Assembly (NCBI GenBank): GCA_046563655.1
Contig: CM102284.1
Location: 9,176,001 to 9,240,000, forward strand
Length of the DNA: 64,000 nucleotides
Source of the DNA: Yuukianura sp. NJ FZ-2021
Lineage: Eukaryota
Reading direction: 5' to 3'
The notes under the pieces were generated by a model that was not told where the DNA came from, made no database searches, and saw only the letters and a list, made by a program, of their open reading frames with translations. The first letter of the stretch is position 1; each line of letters opens with the position of its first letter. Below are positions 13,114-25,600 of this stretch, piece after piece. A program made the position numbers and the translations under genes.

Positions 13114-15577
13114 TTAGATAGCAATCAAATCCGGTAGACTGTTTGCCGCCTTTCTTTTGAGTATTTTTGGAACCGGTTTCTTCTTTATGTAAACAAACTT
13201 GTGATACTTGTTCAATTTTTCCAAACTTGCATCTCCAAACTGCATCTAAATCAAGAAAAATTCGATTTAGAACAAACCTAAGTTTAAAAACTTTGAAAAA
13301 GTTAAAAATTGCGTACCGAATTTTCGCCAAAAACGAGTTTCTCGAGCGGTTGCATCTGAAGAAGAGCGAGATCCACTGCACACGGTTGGATACAGTACGC
13401 TCCACTGAAAACCAGCACTTTCAAATCTGAAAAACAACAAAAATTAAGCTTTTTTGAAACAGTTGAGGTCAAAGGTCAAGTAAACTTTAAACTTTATTAT
13501 GATTCTTACTGGTCATGCTACGGATAGAGTCCACGGCCGAGGCTAAGATGAATTCCAGTGCATTATTCTTCTTGTCCGCCGGAACGAGTGGATTCTCCGA
13601 GTATCTTGCCACCATTCTAGCATGTACTTCTGGATACTCCAGTCCAGTCAACACTGGACTCAAATCCAACTGCAGCAGAGCATTGGTTGATCGAAATCCC
13701 CGGCAGATTTCCAAATGCTCCAGTTGACGAACATTTCCAAAGAGAGTTGCCAGTGCTTCTGGATAAATTTCAACCACTTTGAGCTTTCTGAGTGCTGGAT
13801 AAATGAGCGTCAGGTTCTTGATGACTTCTTCGCCGGAGTCAGTTCTAGGCCGAGCGATGGGCAACGGAAGAGCCATTTTGAGAACAACTTCCGTCACACA
13901 CGGAGCCGTGAACTTGCCAACACTCATTCCTTGCAGAACTCCACGCGAAGTGATCATTCTTTTCAAATACGGAAATGGAATTTGAATTGGCGTGATGGAC
14001 AAGTTGTCTCCTTGCGGACTCCGCTCGACGTTATGGACAGTGTCAAGATGAAGCGTTTCGAGTAAAGTCATTTCTGGAAAGGAAATGAGTTCCAGTGGCC
14101 GAGTATTGTTGATTCGGATGTCCATGTGGGTCAATCTCGAAGCATAGACTTTGAGAACTTCCAGTAAAACGGTTCCATGCTGCGTAAGGTAAACTTCACC
14201 AAATGTGATGGAAGTTAAGTTCGGTAGATCTTTGTGGCTTCGGATAATGTAGATCAAATCTTTTTCTTCGAGACATCGGATACTTATGGATTCCAGTTTT
14301 ACTAAACGTCCAATCCCGACCATAAAATTTTGAACGATGGAGCTCCGCAGAATGTCCAGTTCCAGGCGTTTCACTTGAGGAACGGAATTGAAAACTGGCA
14401 ACATAATTTCAAAATTTTAAAAATTACTTTCAAAAAGAAAATTCAAAATTTTGACCTCACCATCAGCAAGGTACTGTTGACAATGCATATTGAGCGGTCG
14501 CATGTCAATTCGTCGGGCCGCCGAAGGTAGAAACCATCCCGTAAAATTCAGCGTCTCCACACTGAAAAACAATCAGAATCAGAATCAAAAAATCAGAAAC
14601 AATCAAACAAAGAAAATTTTGAAATTTTGAAACTCAAATTTTGGAATCCATGAAAATTTTTGAAAACGTTTTGCTAACCTGTTGACAACCAGTGGCGGTG
14701 GAGCACTGAGCGTTGCATGGTCAGGCATCTGTTGCCCCGCCGGCAGTTTTGGAAATTCAATATTGACCAGCATCAATTTCTTCACATTTGGCAAGTATTT
14801 CAGCATTTTGAACACATCGGGAAACGAAATTTTGGCAGCATTATGCCAAGCATGAATTTGGATTTGTTTGATGTTTTGTCCAAATGTGCTGAAACTCCGT
14901 TCTATTGCTGCCGTAAACCGTGTTTGGAATTTGAACTTGTTGAAAGGAAAGTTGACCGATTTTTTGAGCAGAGGCTTCAGCGCAAGCGTACGATCCTTGT
15001 CCAGGACAACAGTGTCATGGCGACTGCGCAAATACGTGTTTGACACTTCGTTCCACACTTTGCTCACGAGGCGACATTTCATCAGAGTGTCTGCATCCAA
15101 ATACTTCATGACTTCTTTCATCACCTAAAAACAACCAAAAAACGCAAAATTTATGAAACTTGAAATAAAATTTTGAAAAGTCTTACAACATCCACATTCA
15201 TTGCATTTGGCCCGCTGTTGACAGTCGTCACATTCTGCGATGAATCTTCTCCAGCGTCATTTTCCAATCGCTTCAAATTCATCGCTTCATTTCGAATTTT
15301 CATACGCCGAGTTTGAACTCCTGGAGGACTTGCGAATTTCCGCTTCTTCGCTGCAGTTTCATGCGGCGTATCAACTCCAGCCACCGTCAGCGCAACTGCA
15401 AAAAGCAAAATCAAAATTCAGTTTTTCGAAAAATTTCTTATTTTCAAATTTTTTTTTATAAACTTGACCTTCATCCATAGTAGACTCAAATCCAGACACT
15501 TCGGGGCTAACAATCCGCAGTCCGGGAGACACACTCCGCGGAATAACCTTCGACTTGCGACGTCTCGCGCGTGGCAT
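13114..15577 (-). CDS. F-box / leucine-rich-repeat protein (7 exons)
   Basis: Exons 15577-15469, 15395-15187, 15124-14679, 14561-14461, 14394-13510, 13426-13317, 13245-13114 join in phase. F-box-like VMKEVMKYLDADTLMKCRLVSKVWNEVS, then repeated LxxLxL motifs (LPNVKKLML, LPNLTSITF, LLETLHL, LRKLKV, LEHLEI). Basic NLS-like N-terminus. Confidence 0.8.
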
Positions 15578-16699
15578 TTCCTACTTTTACTAAAGATCCA
15601 CTTAAGACGTTAATCAATTAATCCGGAAATTTTAATTAATCGTTCCAATTAAACGATATCCTGAATTCTCATATAGAGCAATCTCTGAAAGATGACCTTA
15701 CTCGGCACATCTCTCATCCAAAGTGAACGTTTTCGGCAAACTTTAACCAAAATTTGATCGCAAACTTTCAAAACATCTTGAAACATTTCAAAATTTTTAA
15801 ACCGTTGACATGACAATATGCTAACTTCCACTAGAAAAATACATTTAGCGCAAATACTTCAAAATTTTACAACTTTTACATCGCTTTCCCTAATTCTTTG
15901 TTACTTACTTTTTATTGCACCAAAAACAAATGAAAGTTTAAATAATTTAAGATCTAAAAAATACGTTGTTGTTCGATCACTTTTTGTAAGATCGAATTGA
16001 ATTAAACAAAAACTACACTTAAAATTATTACAAAAAGGATCAAAAGTACACAAGTTTATGGGAATTTGACCACCAAAAACTAAATGGTCAATGTAGTTAC
16101 TAAAAAAATCTAAGAATTTTTTAGTTTCATAGCATGAACATGATTGCAAATTTAAAATAGACTTCTCAAGAATCTATCTACATCAGCAGCCCTCTGTTCC
16201 TTGTTTAAGTTTTTCCGTTTCAAAAAGTAAATGTGTTTACCTTCCGAATGTATTTCAAAAAATGATTTTTTTGAAAAACCTAACTTCATAACAAAAAAAA
16301 AAACGAATCATAATTAAAAACCTGCATCTACTTAACATTTTAAAACCTTTACAAAATCAATTAAGTTACTAAAGTTCACAAAAAACTGAGGAACATAAAA
16401 ATACGTGAGGATTCATATCCTTTTAGTTTTAAGTTCTAACTGTTAATCAATGGATTTCCAAGCATGAAATCAACATAAAATTAAACATTTTGGTCGTAAG
16501 AAGTGAAAAAATGGGCATTTGAACAGGAAATGAGTCTCGGGAATTTGTAGAAACTCGTTCCTTTTCCATCTTGTGGATTTTTATCACCTAAAAAACATTA
16601 CACATTTTGATAGCGCTTACACAACTCAACGCTTTTTAAAAAGTAAGTGCCAGAGACTCCCTAGTTGTGGTGGGACAGTTTCCAAGTTGGGTGGGACTT

Positions 16700-19600
16700 T
16701 TACTTTATAAAACAACTCTCAATGTTTAGCATCTTCTTGACTACATCGTCGTACTTAATTAGAGCAAGGAGATCAGAGGATAAATTCAAACGAAATTTTA
16801 CTCCTAGAAGAGCACGACAGTGGACATCTTCCAGAAAATCATTAGAATTTAGTTCAACTAGTTCCGCTCCCGGATGACTCTTCAGGATTCGATCTTTCGG
16901 GAGACCCAAATAATTTATCAAGTCTTGCAGCAGAATGTATGGAACATCCTCCTAAAATTGTAATTAAACACATCAGTAATTAATTACACAAGTAATTACA
17001 CAAATTAACTCTAAATTAAAAAAAAATCAATCAAAACAAATTCAAATTAACCCATCAAAATCACAAGCGATTTGAAGCTGCAAAGTTCAAAGAACGAAAT
17101 TTCTCATCAAAATACTCAAATTTCGAACTTTTGTGGTATGAACTAACGAAATACTTTGGAAAAAATAGGATTTCGAACTTCGGCTGGTGCTACCAATTAC
17201 CGAAATAACTAGGAATAAGGTAGAATTTCGAACTTTTATACTATGAGCTTTCGAAATACTTAAGAAAAAAGAATTTCAAACTTTTACGTCATGAACTACC
17301 GAAATACTTGAAATAAAAGGTTGAAATAAAAATAAAAGTGTAAAAATATGAAATAAAATATTTCGAACTTTTGTGCTACAAACTACCGAAATACTTGAAA
17401 CAAAATAAAATTTCGCATTTTCAAGCCATGAACTACCGAAATACTTGGGAATGAAAGAGAATTTGGAACTTTTGCGCCATGAACTACGGAAATACTTGTA
17501 AGAAATGGAATTTGAGCGTTGTTTTGATTACCTTGAGCATGTAGATTGGCGGTAGAGGTAATTCGCTAGCCTCGAACTCCATTTCCTCCAAGTCAAGGTC
17601 ACTGGAGGGAGGTTGTTTGGCGACAGGAGGATCTTCTGTGACATCAAATCCAGAATCATGCCTCTCATCAGCCCATTTTCCACTCCCGCGAAATTCCCAC
17701 GGCTTCTCCTCTCTCCCTTCCACATCTCTGATATGTTGCTCCAGAAGTTTCTTCACAGGTTTATGATGCTCTGCTAATTCGATCGGTGTTTGGCCTGCGT
17801 ATGTTGCTAGGAGGGGGTCTGCTCCAAAGGCTATGAGCAGTCTCACTAGTTCCACGTGCCCATTCTCACACGCTTCATGCAGAGGCCTGAAATTCACACA
17901 AAATTAAACAAAATTACACTTTCCTCCCACACAGAGTTTCAGTTTCAGCGGAAAATCTATTTTTAAAATTGCATTTCATTTTTAGTGTTGTTCCTAAAAG
18001 TGTAAAACTGACCTAATCCCACCCGGAGCTGCTTGAGACGGATTGGCTCCATAGGCTAGCAGAATTTTGGCAACTTCCAGGTTTCCTTTCATACAAGTTT
18101 CGTGGAGAGGAGAGTAGCCAGCATTGTCCTTACAATTTGGTGAACAAATGTCATGTTCCAAAGTGTAGGCAGCTACGTCTGGATAGCCAAGTCGCGCTGC
18201 TCGGTGCAGAATCGTTTCTCCAAGCCCTTTATTCAGAACCCAACATCTCAACTCATTTTGTACATCATCCTCAGTCATATTCTTCTCCTGAGACGCCTAA
18301 AAGTACACAAAAACACAAGTTTAGACAAAAAAAAACTTTTTCAAACTCAATTTTAAAGTTGAAATTCAAAATTCACTCAAATTCAAAAATCAAAACAGGC
18401 CAGAAACGTCAAAAAGCGAAAACGCTACCACTTTCCGTCTCCTTTCATACTACACATAAAGCTATTCCCTGTTTTCAAAAGTTTCAAATTTTGAATTTTC
18501 AAAATTTCAAATTTTGTTCAAAATCTCTTCTCATGTTCGTCCATACCTTTGTTCGTTTTGGTGGCGGCGGGAGTCCAGGATCTCCAGCCTTCTTCTTTTT
18601 CCTGATATAGTCAAATCCACTTTTGAATTTGTTTCTTCTCAGCGCCTTTTTCGGTGGGACTGGAACGGTTGCTGCTGTACTTGGCGTCGAAACTGAATCC
18701 GACGTTGATGCTGGGGTCGATGTCGCTCCAAGCGTCGTCAAAGCATCTTCGCTCGACGGAATCACAACTCCCAACACAGATTTGATGCTCATCTTCTTAT
18801 TGAACTTGACCCCTGACCCCCCACCAGGCGTCGGCAGCAGTTCCAGCCCCTTATCCCTCTCTTCTCTTAGGAGCCCATCTCCATTCACCGTCGTCTCAGC
18901 TCCTTTCCCTTTCTTTCCTTTTCCGGTGGGACGTGCCCCACCTTTGGTCCCACTTCCTGGCTCCACCGCAGCATTTTTCTTTCCTTTCGGTGTTTTCGGT
19001 GACTTCTTTGGCTTTTCAACTACTGGTGGCTCTCCTTCTTTCTGCGGCGTCCTATTTTTCGGTGGCCTGCCTTTCTTCGGAACATGTACTGGTGGTGGGG
19101 CAGGAGTTTCTCCGGGCGGTGGACCTTGAGATCCACTTTTAGCAGGACTTTTGTTCTCTTTCGTAGATTTGGCTGGAGAAATGACTACTACTGGCTGTAA
19201 AGCTGCCGAATCTGGATCTTCTTTCCCTTTACCACTGGGGGTAGAGCTCAAGGACGAAGGTTTGGCTACTCGAATCAGCTTAGAAGGCATCCTTAACTTC
19301 TTCTTAAAGTCAATTAACTCCTCTTCCCATCCAGGTCTTCTAAATTCTGATCCATCTCCATACACTACCCTACATTTTTCCTTCTTCCGCTTCCCAAGTT
19401 CTCCTCTCATGATCCACTCTTCTCCAGACGAACCTCTTTCCTCCTCACCTGGAAACAAAATTAAACACAGTTTGTTAATTATTTACAAAATACTGTCAAA
19501 ACTATCAAAAAACTGCCAAATTGCAAACAAAATACGGCCAAACCAAAAAAACACTGAAGAAAAATAACACATTTACGCTTACACTTCCCAGTTTTACAAA

Positions 19601-22600
19601 ATTCCAAATTCACAATACCACCTTTCATCATGCCACAATAAAAACCAACTGAAACACAATTTTGTTGAACCTTTTTCCCACAATTTCGAAATATTACATT
19701 CAACTTCCTCAGCCTGCTTCAAATTCAAAATCTGTTTTAGTTTACTCACAATTAAAATTAAATCCCCATCCTCCAACTTTTTACTAAACTTACTACTATA
19801 GTCTATGCACTTTTCAAAATGTACAGACCAAAGACATGGTAAACCGCAAAAACTAGCAGTAGCAGTTAGCAGCTGTCGAAACCAACCAAAAGCACCAGTC
19901 AGTCTCACTTATTTAGCTTGTCACTCGCACTTTCACAGTTTTAGTTTCAGTTTAAGGTTATAGTAATTTTTGCTCATCCTCTCAGGGCAAGGACGACTAT
20001 AGGAGGAGGCAAAAACTACAAAACCTAAAGTAAAATTAAACATACTATAACTTATAGACTAAAAACTAAACTAAACCTAACTGACAATTCACACAAGCCA
20101 GAAAAATCGCACTTACAACCTAACTATTGTCTCCAACTCTCAACTTGCATTCCAAACACAAGTTAGACTAATTTTTTCCAACTATACCGTAAGAACCCCC
20201 TAACTTCACTTAACATTAAGGATGACGTGGTCCCATCATTAACCTAACATTAGCATTGCCACTATTACCCTATGCTTCCCAATCCATATCACCCACTTAT
20301 CTCATCACACTTAACTACGCCCCGCCCACAACTAAAAAAACAATACTCACACTATGAGAACAACTTCTCAGTTTTTTCAGTTGCTAATCATGAAATTTCA
20401 AGCAGCGGTTCTCACATGTTGCAATTTTTACATTTTATGCGTAGTGGCTACTTTTGGCATTGACAAGAAAAGAGCGTCTTCATTACCAAAACAAATTTTT
20501 CGCACAACACACAAAAGTAAATGCTAATTAAATTCCACATTTCAAAAAACACAACACAACACTATTTTTCATGTTTAACTCAATCAAACTCTAACTTCTA
20601 CATGCTACTTTTGTTATATTTTCCTTGAAACTTTCAAAATTTCATGAAAAATAAACCTTGATCTAAAAGTAATGAAAACCTATTGAAGGGCAGAGCAACA
20701 AAAGTACTCGATGACCTCAAAAAACTCAATTTCAACAAAATTCTTTGCAAAACTTCTTCTCTCTCTCAGTCTCAACACGCATGCCACTTTTCAATATTTT
20801 CTTGAACTCTTGGGAGTTGTTGTACAGCAATGTAAAAAAAAATCTCGAAAAAACTCATGTAAACCAGTAAAAATCCATATTTTGCTCCATACAAACCACA
20901 CGAAGGATCAAATTACAAAAAACGTTTCTATTTGGAAATCTATGGTACAAGAGATTGAGTTAACAAAAAACAAATAAATAATTTGTATGACCTAAATTCC
21001 AAAAAATTCAAAACTTTCTTTAGTTGCGAAAAGATGACAAATCTCAACAAATCCAAAAGCCTGATTTGGAAATTAGAAATTTGAAACTCCGAAAAGAAAA
21101 GTTGGGAGGACAAAAAGTGAAAGTAGGAAAAAGGGGAAAGGAATCGATAACTTTTGTGACGGTTGTCTCTTACTTTATCCATCACAGACTACTAAAAATA
21201 CTGGGAATCTGTGGAAAAGAGCCTCCAAACAACAACAATATATTTCGGATATTTCATTTCTCTCAGTACTTTCTACAAAGATATCCCAATCAAAGTATTA
21301 CTTTCTCCGCTTTCTCCGGAATTTACGACTTATCCAAGTCTACTATTTTCCTGCATTTCCGCTCCTTCAACTTTTACATTTTTCAAAAAACACAAAGCAT
21401 TTAGTTCATTCAAACCAAAAGTTTACATTTTGTCAAAACGCAAAAAAAAACATATATGAAAACCAAAATGTTGATGAGGAATCCAAAACCGCTTCAATTT
21501 GTTCCCAAAATTCAAACTTTAAAACGAACAACTAAAAATCTGAAAAAAAAATCGGATATTAAAAAAAAACTTCAAGTTAGGGTTAACTTATTTTAGGTTA
21601 ACCCTAACCTTCTAATTCGCGCGAACGAAAGTCAAACGTCAAAGTTATTCCAAAAATCCCCTTCAAATCAAGACATATCTAAAATAGTGCTAAAATTTTC
21701 TCCGTAGAAAAACAAGTTTATAACTTACGGCGTCCACTTCTTGTAAAGTGTCCAAATTCCACAAAAATCTTTCCGTAATTCCAAATTTTGGCAAACCTGC
21801 AAACTTTTTTCTTAGTCTGCCAATTCCTGCCTTTCCTGGACAAGTTCTGCACACCTACTAGCCCCAACCACTATCTTTTGCAAAAATGACTGCTCTACCC
21901 GTGTGTCCCACTTTCTAGGTACGAATGACAATGGCCAAAATGAAATGGACAAAAATTGGAGTCCTCCTCTATTATGTACAACACAAAAGGAGGACACTAA
22001 AGTTCTAAAACTCACCTCAGAGAAATGGACAACTTTATGAATTAAAAATCAACCAATTCCTTTCTATCCTAAACCAGCAATTTTATACTTTCTCTCTACG
22101 CATTCTCACAACAAACACTTTTTCGAGGTCATTGCGTCCAAAAAGAAACAACGGGCCACAAGTGACAAGTGAACATCCACCGCCTCTGCTTTCCCACCCA
22201 CTCTACCAAGGTTCGTAAACAAAGAAAATATTTTTTCTACACCAGGCTGTCCAATAACAATTCTCACAAACCAAACGGATTAAACTTCGCCTCCATTTCT
22301 GTAACAATTTTTCAATTTTTTTTTCACTTTTATTTTATTCCTATACGATTTCAAGTGTTCAAAGTTTGAAAAAAAAATGGGGAAAATGTATCAACAAAAT
22401 TGGTGCTAAAAGTTGTTTGAAACAAGATTTTTGAAAACCCTGAGTTACTGGACAACCTGTTGTAAGAAATACAATTCCGTTGTCAAGGAACCTTGCACCT
22501 CTAGTCCCACCTCGCAGATTACCCAGCAATTTTCAAAATTTCAAACAGAAAATGTAAAAGTTTTTGGCAAATGGACAAAAAAAAATTCAACACTCTGTGT

Positions 22601-25600
22601 TCAAAACTTTTTTCAAATGTGACTCACATCCTAGAAAAAAAAAGTTAGCACAGCACACAGGGGAAAAGAAAGCAACAGGAAAAGGAAAAAATTAAAAAAA
22701 AAAAAATGAAACCATAATTTTTAAAACAAACAAATAAAAATAGAAATGAAAAAAAGAGAAAAAAAAATTACCTAGTGTGAAACTATGCGATTGAGCATGA
22801 GCACTCTGATTCGACGTCACTAAAAATAACAACATCACATCAAATTTTTTGGTTAAAATGAAAATTTAAAAAAAAGTTGCAAAAACAGCTTTTAAAAAAA
22901 GAAGCCAAAAATAAGAGCTGCACAAAAGTGAAAAAGCTTTGCAGAAATTCTTCAACTCTTTTTTGAAACATCAGAGTTTCCAAAACAAACAAAAAATTAC
23001 AGTTCAGCCCGGAAAATTTTTTCCCAAAAACTTTTTGTTCATTTTTTTAAAAAGCCCATTTTCTAAAAACATTTTTAAAAACTTGTTTTTCAAAGCAAAC
23101 TTACTTTCGCCCGAAATCTCTTTGAGTTTTCCTTTGGCACAGTTCCGTGTTGGTCTTAATTTCCTCTTGTCCTTCTTCCCTCGACGCTGCTTGTCTCTTC
23201 CTCCGACGCTTCCAGCGCTTGCGCTTCCGGCGCGCTTTCCTCTTTTCAGCGACGAATTCCTCGTACTTCTGCGTCTTTCCAACTTTAGTTGACCTTTGGT
23301 TGACCCCGACCTCACTTTTTTCTTGACCTTCTCCGATCCCTTAGAATTCACACTTCTATCATCTCTGTCCGAATCCGAACTTTTAGCATCTCCATCATTA
23401 CTGTCCGAACTATCGTCGCTATCCGTTGACGAATCGCTGTTAGCACTTCGACTATCATCAGAAGAAATTGAAAAACTGGCCACTGACACATCACTTTCGT
23501 CACTTTCTCCACTTGACTGGTCATCAAGGTCACTCAGCGATTTGGTCACAAGACTTCCCACACTTCGGCGTTCACGCAACATTCGCTTTCCGACTTTACG
23601 ACCTTTGACCTCCTCCGCACTGCTGTCACGCTTCTTCTTCTTCTTTTTCACTCCACCGTCCAATTTCCCCGAACTTTTTCTTTTTCCTTGCTTCATCTTT
23701 TCAGTCTCATTTTCATTTTTCCCGCTCCCATCATCACTCTCTTCTTTCTTTTCAGTCTCATCTTGACCTTTGACCTCCGCCGTTGACATGGCCGTGGAAC
23801 CCGAACTTTTTGATTTCTCAGACTCCGCTTCTGAAGACTCTGAATTTTCAACATCTTTGTCCCCCTCTACACCATTTTCCTCTTCTTCTTCTTCCTCAAT
23901 CTCAAAATCAGCATCAACTTCTGCAGAAGCACGACGACGCCTTCTCCCTTTGGACTTTTTCTCTTTCGATGTTGAATTACTTTTGATTTTGGCCCAAAGT
24001 CCTCCACGTCTGGACTTAATTGTGGTTGGATTAGCTGAAAGATCATCCAGAAACGAATCACAAGTAGCCCAAAACTCATCCATGTTGTCAATCGCCGGAA
24101 CTCTATCCGTTGTACTGCTACTACTAATTCCATACGAACTTGTAGTTGGAACTGGAACCACCGAAATTTCACTTTTATGATGAATTCCAGTACTCATTCC
24201 TTTGCCTCCACTTTTGTCTCCTGGAACGCCTACTGGTGGAATCCATTTGTTCAATTTACTCGTAAACTTTTTACTTCCAGATCGTTTTTTCGGTGTAGTT
24301 AAATTAGTAATTGGTGGAGGTGGCGGAATGACTGAAGAAATTGAAGCTACTGGAGACGTCGAATGTCCAGGAGAACGTCTACTTAGACTCAAATTGACTC
24401 TCGCTTCTTCATCTTCATCTTGGAAGTCAAAAACGGAAGTTTTGGAGGTAGAACTGCTCGGAGCATTGTACTTTTTATATTTCTCAAGTACAGAAGAAGA
24501 CTGTTGTTGACCTCCAAATGGTGACTGTTGGAGTTGCTGTTTATTTGCATTTTCTTGCTCAATTTGACTCAGGAGATTAGGAAATACTTGTTTCTTTTCT
24601 GCTTTCGTGCGGATTCGATTTAGTGAATTTTCGGTATTAGGTGAGAGGGCTCCTTGGCTAGCTGCTTGTCGTTCTACAAAATTAGTTCGTTGATTTATTC
24701 CAAAGAGTCCTGGATAGTTTCCAACACTTCCGCCGTTCCCCTGGGCATTTTGACTGTCACCACTAGTCCCTTGGTGGCTCAGCCCCGTCAAAATGCTCCC
24801 ACCAGCCCCACCTCCTGTTGCCATCGTGGCTCCACCAGAAGAAGAAGATGCCGGCGGTGGCAAAGGATTGTGATACTTCTTCCCATGAAAGTTCCACGTT
24901 TGACGATGGTTCACTTTCTCTTTTTCTTGCTTCTCATGGATTCTTGTTTCCAGTGAATTTCTGAGTAAATTCAAAAGATTCTTTCTCTTTTCTCCCGTTT
25001 TCGGTCCACCTCCAGCTCTTCCTTGCTTCGCGGGAGATTTTGGTGGTGGAGTTGGAGGTGGGGCGGCTTTTGGTGTGGGGACGTTCAGTGGAGCTGACAT
25101 ATTCTGTGCATTATAACTGCTCGGAGGTGCAGATACTGTCGGTGGGGCTTGCGATGGTGGGGCTGGTGGTCGTGGGCCATTGAGGTGGGACGGGTATGGG
25201 TACCCACTGGGCAGTTGTGACTGGGGATTCGGTGGAAGTGTCTGGGGAGGTGGGATTGGGCGTGGAGTGGGTGTTTGATGCAGATATGAATAATAATGCG
25301 ACTGGATTTGATTGGGATGTGGACTTCTCGTGCCTGCCAATGGTGATGCTGGTGGAGGTTGATAGTGATTAGAATAGTTGGATACTGCAGGGGATTGGTA
25401 ACTGGTGGGATAGTGTGACGGAGACTGCGCATGGGCATATGGATATGACAGTGGATACTGCGCTGACGTCTGTCTTGATTGTGGAGTCGCTGGAATCGGT
25501 GTCGCTTGTTTTGGTGTCGCTTGATTTGTTGACCTTGGACTTTCTCCAGTCAGATGAGCATAATAATGCGGAGGATAAGAAGGATAATGTGCTGGAGAAG

